A stretch of 64,000 nucleotides of DNA from Alphaproteobacteria bacterium (GCA_965261735.1 OZ253470.1:512001-576000), one strand, 5' to 3'. Numbered from the stretch's first letter, positions 1 to 10,821 are shown. Notes: a model not told the origin generated them from the sequence alone. Numbers and translations are program-made.

Positions 1-1
1 C

Positions 2-172
2 GCCGCGCTGTATGACGCGGTGCCGCGTCTGTGGGGTGCCTTCGGCTTCTCCGACCGCATAGCGACGCCCCTGGTGCCGGCGCGCCACGGCGATTCGAGC
101 GGCGTCCGCGGTGCCGCCTGGCTGTGGCCCACGCCCGCGGCCGACTCTAGCAGTGGACCGGAAGCTCACTGA
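2..172 (+). CDS. ROK family sugar kinase (fructokinase Mak-like), C-terminal end; begins before the window
   Basis: Frame 2 reads ...ARHGDSSGVRGAAWLW...*, the typical C-terminal motif of Mak/ROK kinases; TGA at 170-172. Confidence 0.8.
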   Translation, partial: AALYDAVPRLWGAFGFSDRIATPLVPARHGDSSGVRGAAWLWPTPAADSSSGPEAH

Positions 173-986
173 CGCCCGCGAGCTTGGCGTTGAGGGCGAA
201 ATCGCCGTAATCGAGGATCGCGTCGGCGACGACACCGTTGGCGAACATGAGGTAGCCGACCTCGTAATCGGGGACGCCGTCGGCGGTGGCCGCGGGGTAG
301 AACGCGACCTGAACCGGCCACGAGGCGAGCGGGCCGAGCAGCTCGCGCCCGGCGCCCTCATAGGCCCCGCCCTCCCTGCGCCGGCCGATGAAGGCGACCG
401 CTTCGTGCAGCGAGTCGACCCGGGCACCGTCGAACACAAGCGCGGCAAAACGGCTGTCGCCGGCGGCCGCGCGATCGAGAAGCATGAGGGCATGCCGTGT
501 CGGAAACAGGGTTCCCTTGGGCAGGGCCAGGCGGCCATCGGCCGGCTTGGTGAAGGTGACGTAGCCGCCGGCCGGGTCCGTTACCGCGCGACCGTCGACG
601 GCTTCGTCGAGGCGGCCGTTGAGCTCGCTCCGGGCACTAAAGCGGAAGTTCCTCCCATCCTTCGATTCCCACGACGAAATGTGAGAGTCGGAGGTGAAGG
701 CCGGACCCTCCTGCCTCACGAGCTCTATGTGGATCCGCTGATTGAGGGTATGGCCCTCGCAGGCATCCACCCATTCCATGACCATGCGGCCGCGCGCATC
801 GGCAATCCCGCTCCCGGGTTCGGCGCGCTCGAGGCTCAGTTCATAGATCGCGCGGTGCGGCGTCAGGCGCACGACATCGGCCCGGCTGGCGGCGTTCATC
901 CCCGCGCAGGCCAGGAATGCCAGACCCACGCGGAACAGTATGGCGATCGATGTCGGCATCGCGATCCTCGCTGGTCCAGTGTACAC
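147..986 (-). CDS. eipB: Cell envelope integrity protein EipB (DUF1849)
   Basis: Signal peptide, then PHRAIYELSL, SSWES..G..FRF and LPKGTLFPT motifs and a terminal Cys; true start may be ATG 959. Confidence 0.8.
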   Translation of the reverse strand: MYTGPARIAMPTSIAILFRVGLAFLACAGMNAASRADVVRLTPHRAIYELSLERAEPGSGIADARGRMVMEWVDACEGHTLNQRIHIELVRQEGPAFTSDSHISSWESKDGRNFRFSARSELNGRLDEAVDGRAVTDPAGGYVTFTKPADGRLALPKGTLFPTRHALMLLDRAAAGDSRFAALVFDGARVDSLHEAVAFIGRRREGGAYEGAGRELLGPLASWPVQVAFYPAATADGVPDYEVGYLMFANGVVADAILDYGDFALNAKLAGVSELPVHC

Positions 987-1103
987 GCTCGCCGCGCCGA
1001 TAGAAGTGCCCGGTGGCCGTCTCGGACCGGAAGGTTCTGCCTAGGTGGCACAACCTTCCGGGGTTGCCCCGTTTCAGGCGCTTGATCGCGCTCGCTTTTG
1101 TCT

Positions 1104-1119
1104 TGGCACGCGAGTTGCT
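1104..1119 (+). promoter_or_regulatory. Sigma-54 (-24/-12) promoter of the GGDEF gene
   Basis: TGGCAC-GCGAG-TTGCT matches TGGCAC-N5-TTGCW exactly, about 60 nt upstream of ATG 1180. Confidence 0.75.
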
Positions 1120-1179
1120 TGCCAAAAGCAGGACTGCCCGGCCACCTCGGCGCCCGGCGCCAGAACAAAAAGGCAGACC

Positions 1180-1887
1180 ATGGCCCCTTCCCTGCTTCCG
1201 GCGACCCGCCCCTTCACCTCGCCGCCCACTCCCGCCGACCCCGTCGCGGTGCAAATCCCCTCGTTCGGTCAGATCGGGCTCGAAGCCGAGGGCGGTGCGC
1301 AAAGCACCCTCCTCGAGCAGGCGCTGTCGCTCCTTTCTGCGGCGGAAAAACGCCTCGCCGAGCAGCGCGAGCGGATCGCCCACCTCGAATCGCTGGCCCT
1401 AACCGACATCCTGACCGGGCTGCCCAACCGGCGCGCCCTCGACCAATTCCTCGAGCAAGCCCTGGCCGCCGCGCGTCGTTATAGCGAAACCGGCGTGTTG
1501 TGCTTTATCGATCTCGACAATTTCAAGACCGTCAACGACACGCTCGGGCACGAGGCCGGCGACAGGGTGCTGGAGCGCGTCGCCGAGCTTCTCGCCACCA
1601 ACATTCGGGCCACCGATTTCGTCTCCCGCTTCGGCGGCGACGAGTTCGTCATCCTTATGGTACGGACCAACTCGGACGAAGGAACGAACCGCGCGCGGCA
1701 GCTCCAGGGCATGGTCAACGGATCCTACGCGCTGCACGGCGCGACCCGCATTTACGTGCGCGCGAGCTTCGGCATCCTGGGCTACGATTCCGGTAGCAAT
1801 GCGGCGGCTCTGATGGGCAGCGCGGACGCGGCAATGTATCTCGACAAGAAGCGCCGCTTTGGGCAGCGGCCCCGCGACGCGGCCTAG
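1180..1887 (+). CDS. Diguanylate cyclase (coiled coil + GGDEF)
   Basis: TDILTGLPNRR, FIDLDNFKTVNDTLGHEAGD, RATD I-site and SRFGGDEF; start placed at ATG 1180, downstream of the sigma-54 site. Confidence 0.9.
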   Translation: MAPSLLPATRPFTSPPTPADPVAVQIPSFGQIGLEAEGGAQSTLLEQALSLLSAAEKRLAEQRERIAHLESLALTDILTGLPNRRALDQFLEQALAAARRYSETGVLCFIDLDNFKTVNDTLGHEAGDRVLERVAELLATNIRATDFVSRFGGDEFVILMVRTNSDEGTNRARQLQGMVNGSYALHGATRIYVRASFGILGYDSGSNAAALMGSADAAMYLDKKRRFGQRPRDAA

Positions 1888-2043
1888 GGCTCCGTTGAGT
1901 CAAAGCCGCCGCCCCGGAGTCCGCAGCCCAGCCGCTAGAAGAGAGGCGCCGGCAACGGGCTTGGCCAAAGTCGGGCCGATGGTATGATCCGTGCCGCGCG
2001 GCAAGGCGGGCCGCGCGGCACGGATCGACGGCCGGAGCGGGGC

Positions 2044-2547
2044 ATGGCCACCGGGATCGAAGCGCGGCTCAAGGAACTCGGCATCACCCTGCCGGAGGCA
2101 CCGGCGCCGCTCGCCAACTACGTGCCCAGCGTCGTCTCCGATCGCCTCGTATTCATCGCCGGTCAGCTGCCGCTCGCCGACGGCCACCTCAGTTGCGTCG
2201 GCGCGCTGGGCGCGGAAGTTGGCGTTGAGGAGGGCCGTGCCGCGGCACGCCAATGCGGGCTTGATATATTGGCGCAGCTCAGGGCCGCCGTGGGCTCGCT
2301 CGACCGCGTCACGCGCTGCGTCCGGCTCGGCGGGTATGTCAATGCGACGGCCGAGTTCTCGCAGCATCCCGAGGTCATCAACGGCGCGTCGGACCTTATG
2401 GTGGAGGTATTTGGCGACGCCGGTCGGCATGCACGCGCGGCGCTGGGTGCGAGCGGGCTGCCGCGAGGCGCCGCAGTGGAGGTCGAGGCCGTATTCGAGA
2501 TCGAAGGGCGCGCCGATGGCGCCGCCGAGGCGATGCGCGATGGGTGA
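2044..2547 (+). CDS. RidA/YjgF/UK114 family protein
   Basis: LKELGITLPEAPAPLANYVP, GASDL..EVFGDAGRHARAA.G...LP...AVEVE. Confidence 0.9.
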   Translation: MATGIEARLKELGITLPEAPAPLANYVPSVVSDRLVFIAGQLPLADGHLSCVGALGAEVGVEEGRAAARQCGLDILAQLRAAVGSLDRVTRCVRLGGYVNATAEFSQHPEVINGASDLMVEVFGDAGRHARAALGASGLPRGAAVEVEAVFEIEGRADGAAEAMRDG

Positions 2548-3709
2548 CGCCGAGCAACGGCTGACCGCCACGGTTAGGGCCGTCGAAGGCATTGCCGACC
2601 TCGCACCGGAGGCCTGGGACGCCTGTGCCGGCGTTGACAATCCCTTCGTGAGCCACGCGTTCCTGGCCGCGCTTGAAGCGAGCGAGTGCGTTGCCGCCGG
2701 CACCGGCTGGGCTCCCCACCACCTGGCACTGGAGGACGCGGCCGGCACCCTGCTCGGCGCCGTGCCGATGTACCTGAAGGGCAACTCCTACGGCGAGTAC
2801 ATATTCGACCATACCTGGGCCGCCGCCTACGAGCGCGCGGGCGGACAGTACTATCCGAAATTGTTGGTTGCGGTGCCTTTCACGCCAGTTCCGGGGCCGC
2901 GCCTACTGGCCCGCCCGGGCGCGGCGAGCGGATCCATCGCCGATGCGCTCCTCGGCGCGTGCGTGGAAGTCGCGAGCAAGCTCGAGGTCTCGATTCTGAG
3001 CTTCAACTTCCCCACCGAGGCCGAGTGGCAACGCATGGGGGCGGCCGGACTGCTGCTCCGTACGGGCGAACAGTTCCACTGGGAGAACCGTGGCTACGAT
3101 GATTTTGACGCGTTCCTAGGCGACCTCGCCTCGCGCAAACGCAAGGCGATCCGCAAGGAGCGCCGCGAGGCCCTCGCCAATGGGATCATCGTCGAGGTCC
3201 TGACCGGTGCCGACATTCGCGAGGCACACTGGGACGCGTTCTTCGACTTCTACATGGATACCGGCGCGCGCAAGTGGGGGCAGCCCTACCTCAACCGCAC
3301 CTTCTTCAGCCTCCTCGGGGCGGCGATGTCGGAGCGTGTGGCGCTCGTCATGGCGCGCCGCGGCGGCCGCTACATCGCCGGCGCGCTGCACCTGGTCGGA
3401 AGCGACACCGTCTACGGCCGCTACTGGGGCTGCTGCGAGGACCACCGCTTCCTCCATTTCGAGCTGTGCTACTACCAGGCCATCGAATTCGCGATCGCGC
3501 ACCGGCTCGGCCGCGCCGAGGCCGGTGCGCAGGGACCGCACAAGCTGGCCCGCGCCTACCTTCCCGTCCACACCTACAGCGCCCACTGGATTCGCAACCC
3601 CAGCTTCCGTACGGCGGTCGACCGCTACCTCGGAGAGGAAAGGCGCGAAATCGACCGCGACATCGCCGCGCTTGAAAGCTATTCACCGTTCCGGCGCGGC
3701 GACAGTTAA
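2540..3709 (+). CDS. GNAT-fold N-acetyltransferase, FemAB-like (DUF482)
   Basis: NPFVSHAFL, SYGEYIFDH.WA, YYPKL..AVPFTP, LHFELCYYQAI, EAGAQG.HK; ATG 2540 overlaps the end of ridA. Confidence 0.88.
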   Translation: MGDAEQRLTATVRAVEGIADLAPEAWDACAGVDNPFVSHAFLAALEASECVAAGTGWAPHHLALEDAAGTLLGAVPMYLKGNSYGEYIFDHTWAAAYERAGGQYYPKLLVAVPFTPVPGPRLLARPGAASGSIADALLGACVEVASKLEVSILSFNFPTEAEWQRMGAAGLLLRTGEQFHWENRGYDDFDAFLGDLASRKRKAIRKERREALANGIIVEVLTGADIREAHWDAFFDFYMDTGARKWGQPYLNRTFFSLLGAAMSERVALVMARRGGRYIAGALHLVGSDTVYGRYWGCCEDHRFLHFELCYYQAIEFAIAHRLGRAEAGAQGPHKLARAYLPVHTYSAHWIRNPSFRTAVDRYLGEERREIDRDIAALESYSPFRRGDS

Positions 3710-3739
3710 GAAAGCGACCGGCACGGCGACGGCAAAGCG

Positions 3740-4232
3740 ATGGCCCGACCAATCCTCACCTTCATTATCGGCGGCCTGTTCGGCGGCGGCGCGGGATTCG
3801 CCGTCGGCATCTTCATCTATCCGTACATCTTCTTGGCCGACATCGTGTCGAGCGAGCAGGTCGTTGGCGCGGACTCCAAGACGGTCGTCGCCACAGGCAC
3901 CTTCATCCATGCCGATCCCGGTGACCCGATCCATTACGGAAGGCGGGGTCACCGTGTATGACGACACGGTTCACCTCGAGAGCGACTTCAAGGGTGGCCC
4001 CGGACCGAAGTTCCATGTCTACCTGGTGCCGAGCGCCGCCGTGAGCTCCTCGTCCGACGTTAAGGACACGATGTTCATTGACCTCGGGCGCCTCAAGGCC
4101 TTTCAGGGGAGCCAGAACCTTGCGGTCCCGGCCGGGGTCGACCTGCCCAAGTACGGCAGCGTTGTCATCTGGTGCGAGCCGTTCGGCGTGTTGATTTCGC
4201 CGGCGACGCTCTACCCCGCATTTCCCAGGTAG
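3740..4232 (+). pseudogene. DM13 domain protein with one frameshift near 3940
   Basis: N-terminal half (TM helix, GTFIHADPGDPIHYG) and C-terminal half (GPGPKFHVYLV, DLGRLKAF.GSQ, SVVIWCE.F) lie in different frames. Confidence 0.75.
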
Positions 4233-4299
4233 CTCATCTATTTGATGCCGTTTCCACTTGATTTTGTTATAAGAATCATAGGTTTAGGCTAGATAGAGG

Positions 4300-5656
4300 G
4301 TGGATCGCATGCGGAACCCGGAGGGTGAATCGGATCGGCGGCCTCTGCGGCCTTGTTTAGACCGTCGCCTGAAGCTGGAGTTCCACGGTTCACGGGTCAC
4401 GTCGGACGCCGGTCTGCTCGCCTATCGGGAACTCGATGATATCCTTGGCCTCACCGCCCTGGCGAGCAATGTCCTGGCTGACAGCCGGACGGGCAAGAAC
4501 GGCTGGCACGACGTTGTCGGACTGCTGCGTCAGTCCGTCTATGGACGTCTCGCCGGATATGAGGACGTGAACGACGCCGACCGGTTGGGGCGCGATCCTG
4601 CGATGCGGTGGATCGTCGGCGGAAAGGCCGTCGAGCGCGGCGGCGCATCGACCAGCCAGATGAGCCGCTTGGAGACCGAGTTGCTGTCCAAGGACGAGAA
4701 CCTCACCTCCCTTGCCGACCTGTCCGGGCTTTGGATCGACCGGGTTCACGACCGCCGGCCGCCGGTCAAGATCATTCTCGATATGGATTCCAGCGTCAGC
4801 CCGACCTACGGTGACCAGGAGGGCACGGCCTACAACGGTCACTTTGGCTGCACCTGTTATCATCCCCTGTTCCTGTTCAATCAGTTTGGCGACCTGGAGC
4901 GATGTCGCCTACGTCCCGGCAACGTTCACAGTGCCGATGGATGGCGCGACGTTCTGGAGCCGGTGGTAGAACGCTACAAGGCCACGAAGGTTCGGCTCTA
5001 TTTTCGCGGTGACGCGGCGTTTGCCTCGCCGGACATTTACGAATACCTCGAAGCCGAGGGCTTTCTGTATGCGATCCGCCTTCCGGCCGACACGGTTCTC
5101 CAGGAAAGCATCGCCCACCTGTTGACCCGGCCCGTTGGTCGGCCGCCCAACCATGTTCGCCGCTACTACACCAACTTCAGCTATCAGGCCGGTTCGTGGA
5201 ACAAGAAACGTCGTGTGGTTGCCAAGGTCGAATGGCATCCCGGCGAACTGTACCCCCGCGTCGGCTTCATCGTCACCAACCTGAGTCGTCCTGCCGAGCG
5301 GGTGGTTGCGTTCTACAATCAGCGCGGCACCGCCGAGCAATGGATCAAGGAAGGCAAGAACGCCATCAAGTGGACGCTTGTCCTGCCGCAAGTTCGACCA
5401 CAATGCCGTCCGGCTCCAGCTGCATGCACTGGCCTATAACCTCGGCAACTTCATGCGCACCCTGGCGTTGCCCGATTCCGTGGAGCAGTGGTCGCTGACG
5501 ACGCTGCGGGAGAAGCTGATCAAGATCGGCGCGAAGATCGTCCGCCACGGCCGCTACGTCATCTTCCAGATGGCCGAGGTCGCCATCCCGAGAGACCTCT
5601 TCGCCGACATCCTGCGCCGCATCGACCGGCTCAGACCGACGCGCACTCCGGCATGA
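4300..5656 (+). mobile_element. IS1380-family transposase with a frameshift near 5376
   Basis: VTSDAGLL, GYEDVND, LDMDSS, RGDAAF, YNQRGTAEQWIKE; the C-terminus (LSCRKF..NAVRLQLHALAYNL) continues in another frame. Element ends not resolved. Confidence 0.85.
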
Positions 5657-5870
5657 CCGACGGCATCCCGCTCATCCACGCAGACGACAGGATCGGTGCA
5701 TCTGGTATGCAGCAGAAGAGTCCGTTTGCCCCGCCACCCCCGCCAATTGTCCCTCCATCCGATGGAATCGGATTACAGGCGGCCGCAGGACGCAAGCCAG
5801 TTGCAATGCGAGCGGTTCCGAGTCACGATCAACTCGCCGATGAGGTGTCCGAAGGAGCGGTTGGGTGAGC

Positions 5871-6620
5871 ATGTATGAGAAGCTTTCTGAAAGACTGATG
5901 GCTGCTCTGCATATGGCGGTACCGCCGGTGGCGGTCAGTTTTCCAAGCCGAGCACCGTCGGCGATGGCCAGGCCGGCAACCCCGGTAGCGGCTGGCTGTG
6001 CATTCTGGGAGCAAGGGGCAAATCGAGCGGTAACTACTACCGCGAGTGACCATCGCTTCTGCTCTATCGGGATACACACCCATAACATCGCTGGAGCACC
6101 CGACTCCCAAGCGGGCGAACTGCAGGATGCGCTCGCGGCCATGCAGGGCTTGGACTATGTGCGGCCCGACGAGGTTGCAGCCCTTCCGGTTATGAAGAAT
6201 TCGGTATCCTATGTTGTCTATTGCCCCTTGGGAGAGATGGCAGAGCAACCCCAGGTAGTGCTGCTGTTTGCACATTCCGCCCAGGGCTTGGTGTTATCCG
6301 AGGCATTGGCGCGGGTGGACGGCGCCGTGCCAATCGCCATGGGGAGACCTGCCTGTGCACTGATTCCCCAGGTTGCAAACAGTGCACGCTCGGCCGCGAG
6401 CTTGGGCTGCTGCGGCGCCCGAGCGTATCTCGACGTACTGAGTGATGATGTGGCAATGTGGGGTCTGCATGGTGGAAAGATCGAGCAGTATGTCTCGGAG
6501 ATCGAGACCCTAGCCAAGGCTAACGCGATACTCACTCAGTTCCACGAACGACGGCGCAGCGACATAGAGTCAGGCGAGTTGCCAAGTGTCGCCGAGTCCT
6601 TGTCCCGCCTGCCCGGTTAG
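5871..6620 (+). CDS. DUF169 family protein
   Basis: PPVAV, GC.FW, C.IG, GRPACA and SLGC.G.R patterns. Confidence 0.7.
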   Translation: MYEKLSERLMAALHMAVPPVAVSFPSRAPSAMARPATPVAAGCAFWEQGANRAVTTTASDHRFCSIGIHTHNIAGAPDSQAGELQDALAAMQGLDYVRPDEVAALPVMKNSVSYVVYCPLGEMAEQPQVVLLFAHSAQGLVLSEALARVDGAVPIAMGRPACALIPQVANSARSAASLGCCGARAYLDVLSDDVAMWGLHGGKIEQYVSEIETLAKANAILTQFHERRRSDIESGELPSVAESLSRLPG

Positions 6621-6656
6621 CCTCTTCTAAAGCGGATACGCGAGGCCATCCCCGTT

Positions 6657-6940
6657 ATGAAGGTTGTCCTGATCAACCCGTATGAGCTGGGCCGCCAACC
6701 CTTCGCCCTCGCGCAGCCGGCAGCGTGGCTCAAGGAAGCGGGTCACCAGGTGTGCTGCCTCGAGCTGTCCTTGCAGCAGTTAGACGATGTTGCACTGGGC
6801 CATGCCGAGCTTGTTGCCGTATACGTAGGCATGCATACAGCAGCTCGTATTGCCGCGGAGGCTTTGCCCCGCATCCGCGCGCTTGCGCCCCAGGCGCACG
6901 TTAGCGTCTACGGTCTATATGCTCCGATGAACGATGGTCT
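6657..6940 (+). pseudogene. N-terminal B12-binding domain of a radical SAM protein, truncated by an IS3 end
   Basis: MKVVLINPYELGRQPF..A.PAAWL...MHTA.R...YGLYAPMN, then an abrupt junction to the IS3 left IR at 6941. Confidence 0.65.
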
Positions 6941-7166
6941 TGGAGTGACCCCCTAAAAGTGGTCCAGATTTGTTAAGAGAGTTTGGCGCATTTTGCCCCC
7001 TCGAAAGGAGGACAAAATGAGCCGTAAACGCTACACCCCAGAACAGATTATCAGCATGTTGCGCGAAGCCGAGGTGGCCTTGGCGCAGGGCCAGTCCGTT
7101 GGTCAAGCTTGTCGCACGCTCGGCGTATCGGAGCAGAGTTACTATCGCTGGCGCAAGGAATATGGC
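6941..7166 (+). mobile_element. IS3-family remnant (left IR and truncated orfA)
   Basis: Begins TGGAGTGACCCCCTAAAAGTGGTCCA; orfA at 7017 reads MSRKRYTPEQIISMLREAE...GVSEQSYYRWRKEYG and then breaks off. Confidence 0.8.
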
Positions 7167-7652
7167 CTTGATTACCCCGGATTCGACGATCTTCACCCTC
7201 ACACCAATCGCGTCCAACTCGAAGCTCAATGCCTCGGAGAGGCCCTCAACGGCGAATTTGGTGCCGTGGTACAGCGTCCCCAGCGGGAAAGTCATCTTTC
7301 CGCCGACCGACGAAATGTTGACGATCACACCGCCCTTGTTCGCGCGGAAATGTGGTAGAACGGCCTTGGTGACAGCCAGCAGTCCGATCACGTTGGTATC
7401 GAACTGGCGCTCGATCTTCTCCATCGGTGTGGCTTCCAGCGGGCCGAAGGCGCCGTACCCGGCATTGTTCAACAACGCATCGATCTTGCCGAATTTCGGT
7501 CACGTCCAGCCGCGCAACCAAAACACTGTCGAGCCTGGTCAGCTCGTCTTCGCCTTCGGGCTTGCGCATGGTGGCGATGACTTTCCAACCCTTTTCCTGG
7601 AACAGCTCGGCGGTGGTCTTGCCGATGCCGCTTGAGGCGCCGGTGATCAGGC
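7167..7652 (-). pseudogene. Short-chain dehydrogenase (SDR) fragment with an internal deletion
   Basis: ITGASSGIG, NNAGYG, NISS and YHGTK motifs spread over two frames; both ends missing. Confidence 0.8.
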
Positions 7653-7689
7653 CGCGCTAGGTAGAAAGTTTCGTCACTTTCGTATATAA

Positions 7690-8030
7690 GCCCCTTTGGT
7701 ATGGCCGGGCGTAAACAAGATGCGAGCGCTTCCAACCGTGTGATCATCCTCGCCCTCTAGGATGATCTCAGCATTCGGCTGGGCCGCCCTTTCGAATTCG
7801 TGAATGACGCGCTCGGCGCCGAAGTGTCTCGATGTAGGCTTTGGTGGGGCATGGCAGTGCGGAGCTTGCCGATGGTCGCAGGCGCCCCATTTGCGCCCCC
7901 ACATGGCCTCGAGCTCGTCGTACCAGGTGGCCTCGTCGAGGCGCCGCGGCGGCCAGGTCCGGCTCGTAGCCGGGGATCTTTTGCGAGATTGGCGTCGTTC
8001 GAGTTCGTGGTCACGGCAGCACCTCCCGCA
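7690..8030 (-). pseudogene. Fused fragments: metallo-beta-lactamase-like (FTPGHTKG) and possibly an amidinotransferase-like N-terminus
   Basis: Short recognisable peptides only; no intact gene. Confidence 0.4.
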
Positions 8031-8102
8031 AGGCAGCCGCAACCGGCGGCGCGCCATCATGACGCGCGCGCCGCCGGTGGCCGTTCGGCCTATGCTTTCG
8101 GC

Positions 8103-9290
8103 CTAGCTGCCGGTGTCGTCCCAGTACTCGTCGCGTACCGGGACCAGCCTGCCGTCCACCCACTTGACGAACAGGACCGAGTCACGGATGGAATCGCCCG
8201 AGCCGTCCCAGCCGATGACGCCGCTCAGCGACTCGATCGCCTCGGTATCGGCAAAGGCCTTGCGAATGCCCTCGCGGGTCAGGTCCTCGGCCCGATTGAG
8301 GATCTGGGCGGTGATGAACGCCGCGTCCGCGGTCATTGCGGCCCAGGTCGTCGGATCCTTGCCGTAGTGCTCCTTGTACACCTTTTTGATGTCCTGAACG
8401 TACGGCCTGGGATCGGTCGGGTCGTAGTTACTGTAGAGGATCGTCGGGCCGCCGAACTCCTCGGCTACCTTGCCCTTCGACATCTTCCAGTAGTCCTTGT
8501 TGCTCGACCCCATGGTGGCGAGGACGGGCTGCTTCAGACCCATGTCGCGGGCCTGGCCCATCATCGTGCCGCCATCGAAGGCCTGTAGGGCGGTGAAGAA
8601 GGCATCGACATTGGCCGCCTTGATGCGCGTGAGCTGGGCCGAGAAGTCGGTCTCCTTGACCTTGGCGGTGACCTCGATCAGCTCGATGCCGTTCTGCTTG
8701 GCCAGATCACGCCACACGATGGCGTTGGCGACGTTGGCCTCGTCGTCGTGCGCATAGATGAGTGCCGCCTTCTTAATGCCGAACTTCTTCTTGGCTTTGG
8801 GAATAAGGACGGGCAGCGCCGTATGGGCCTGTGGCAGGGCGCGGAACACCCACGGATTGAAGTGGCCCATGCGCCAGAACCCGCCGGACGAGAATGCGAA
8901 CAGAGGCAGCTTCGCGTCGCCCGTGAGATCGTGGACCGCGGCGATGACGCTGGTGGCGCCGCCATCGAAGATCATGGTCACGTTGGGATCGCGGGCCAGC
9001 TTCTTGAAGCTGGAGACCGAGGTCGGCAGGTCGTCGTAGGGCGCGTCCGCCTTGTAGAACTCGATCGGGCGTCCCTTGATGCCGCCGCGCATGTTGATGA
9101 TCTTCTGCGCCACGACGGCACCCGTCCACATGTCCTCGCCCCAGTCGGCGGCGGCGCCGCTGAAGCTCTCCATCATCGGAATGCGGATCGGCTCGCCCTT
9201 GGCCTCCGCGGCCAGCGCCGCCGGCGCACTCGCCAGAGCCAGGCCGAGCACGGCCAGCACCGGTGTCAAAAAGCGAAAACCGAATTTCAT
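8103..9290 (-). CDS. Branched-chain amino acid-type ABC substrate-binding protein (LivK-like)
   Basis: Signal peptide, SFSGAAA..G, IN..GGIKGRPIE, DFSAQLTRIK; no permease genes nearby. Confidence 0.85.
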   Translation of the reverse strand: MKFGFRFLTPVLAVLGLALASAPAALAAEAKGEPIRIPMMESFSGAAADWGEDMWTGAVVAQKIINMRGGIKGRPIEFYKADAPYDDLPTSVSSFKKLARDPNVTMIFDGGATSVIAAVHDLTGDAKLPLFAFSSGGFWRMGHFNPWVFRALPQAHTALPVLIPKAKKKFGIKKAALIYAHDDEANVANAIVWRDLAKQNGIELIEVTAKVKETDFSAQLTRIKAANVDAFFTALQAFDGGTMMGQARDMGLKQPVLATMGSSNKDYWKMSKGKVAEEFGGPTILYSNYDPTDPRPYVQDIKKVYKEHYGKDPTTWAAMTADAAFITAQILNRAEDLTREGIRKAFADTEAIESLSGVIGWDGSGDSIRDSVLFVKWVDGRLVPVRDEYWDDTGS

Positions 9291-9434
9291 AGCGTCCTCC
9301 CGTAGGATGCGATTTGCAGGCTCCAAACAAACTGGAGCGGCGACGATTCGAACGGGCTTCCAGACCCCCGCGCCCGCCATTACTACTCAACGCGTACACG
9401 TGCCGTGTAGCGGCACAGCTTCTTGAGCCGGCTA

Positions 9435-9659
9435 TTATAGGCGGGCTGCCGTGCGAACTCCACGGGCCAGAGGTGCCCGCGTCCAAGGAGACTCGTCGCG
9501 CTTCCCGGCATGCCTCTGGTGCAGCCCGGCGACGACCTCGCCGGGCTCATCCTCGAGGGCGTCGAGCGGGCCGGCGAGGTCGACGCCGCTGACCTCGGCG
9601 CCGATGGACGGCCCGAGCGGCGTTACCGCGAGGGTCCCATCGGCCGATGATCCCGTCAC
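9435..9659 (-). pseudogene. N-terminal fragment of a second TauD-family dioxygenase
   Basis: VTPLGPSIGAEVSGVDL followed by unrelated sequence; start overlaps the stop of the intact tauD-like gene. Confidence 0.6.
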
Positions 9660-10540
9660 GCCGCGGCAGCGCGATAGAACGGCCGCTCGCCCGCGATCAT
9701 GATGCGGTGCATCAAGCGTTGTTCGGTCGCGTAGTCGGCCAGGGCGTAGTGCTGGGTCGCCATTTCATCCCAGATCGCGATCGAGTGTTCCTGCCAGGCA
9801 AAGCGAATCTGGAACTCGGGCACGCGCTGCTGAGCGTACAGCATTTGCAGCAGTGCCTTGCTTTCGGACTCACTCAACTCCTTGATCCGCTTGGTAAAAT
9901 ACTCATTGACGAACAGGATCTGGCGGCCGGTCACGGGGTGGGTACGGACCAGCGGGTGCTCCATATCCGGGTGATCGGCTTCGGCTTGACGCAGCAGCTC
10001 GTAGCCGTTCTCCAGCGTTGGGAAATATTCTTTGTACGCCCAGCCGATATCGTGAATCGCCGTCAGGCCGGAAACGAAACTCTTCATCGCCGGCGACAGC
10101 GCGTCGAAGGCCGCATACATACTGGCCCACATGGTATCGCTGCCGGCGGGCGGGAGCTTTTTCGCACGCAGGATGGCGGCAAGCGGCGGCTCTTCGAAAA
10201 ACGACACGTCGGTATGCCAAGAGGCGAAGCCGGTGCCGGGTTCGACCGGGGTGTCATGACCGCCGGCCTCGATCAGCGAAATCTCCGGATAGTCCTCACT
10301 CAAGGCGCGCGCGCGCGTGAAAAATGGGTGCGTAAACGCACTGCCAAACAGATGGGAGAGGTTTCGATGCTGGTCGGGCGTGATGTCCTGGTCGCGGAAG
10401 AAGATGACCAGGTGCTCGAACAGCGCCGCCCGGAGCTCTTCCGCCGCTCTGTTGCTGAGCGGAGCCCGCAGGTCGATTCCGCTGATCTCGGCGCCAAGGA
10501 ACGGGCCCAGTGGCGTCACCTCGATGGTTTCGTAGTCCAT
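9656..10540 (-). CDS. TauD/TfdA family Fe(II)/2-oxoglutarate dioxygenase
   Basis: GAEISGIDL, WHTD, HPLVRTHPVTG, IWD..ATQHYA, MHR. Confidence 0.92.
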   Translation of the reverse strand: MDYETIEVTPLGPFLGAEISGIDLRAPLSNRAAEELRAALFEHLVIFFRDQDITPDQHRNLSHLFGSAFTHPFFTRARALSEDYPEISLIEAGGHDTPVEPGTGFASWHTDVSFFEEPPLAAILRAKKLPPAGSDTMWASMYAAFDALSPAMKSFVSGLTAIHDIGWAYKEYFPTLENGYELLRQAEADHPDMEHPLVRTHPVTGRQILFVNEYFTKRIKELSESESKALLQMLYAQQRVPEFQIRFAWQEHSIAIWDEMATQHYALADYATEQRLMHRIMIAGERPFYRAAAA

Positions 10541-10821
10541 AGCCTCACCGTCAGGCGTAGTAGGTATCGAACGAATCGGCAGACATTAGCACCAATACCC
10601 TTAATTGGGCATGCGCCGTGGCCGGCCATAGCGCCAGGCACAGCAGACCCGCCAACAGCCATCTCGTCGTGGTTTTCACCATGGTGGCCAACCCCTTTTG
10701 TTTGCGAGGCACGCGCCTCAGCGATTCTGCGGCAGCGCGCACCGCGATGGAAGGACCGCGCGTGACGTTACGGCGAGCCTTAGCTCTCCCCAGTCCATGT
10801 TTCTCCGACGGCTTAGCGCAA

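Noticed and set aside
3930-5390. Programmed frameshifts in the DM13 gene and IS1380 transposase
   Set aside because: No slippery heptamer at either site; simple indels or sequencing errors are more likely
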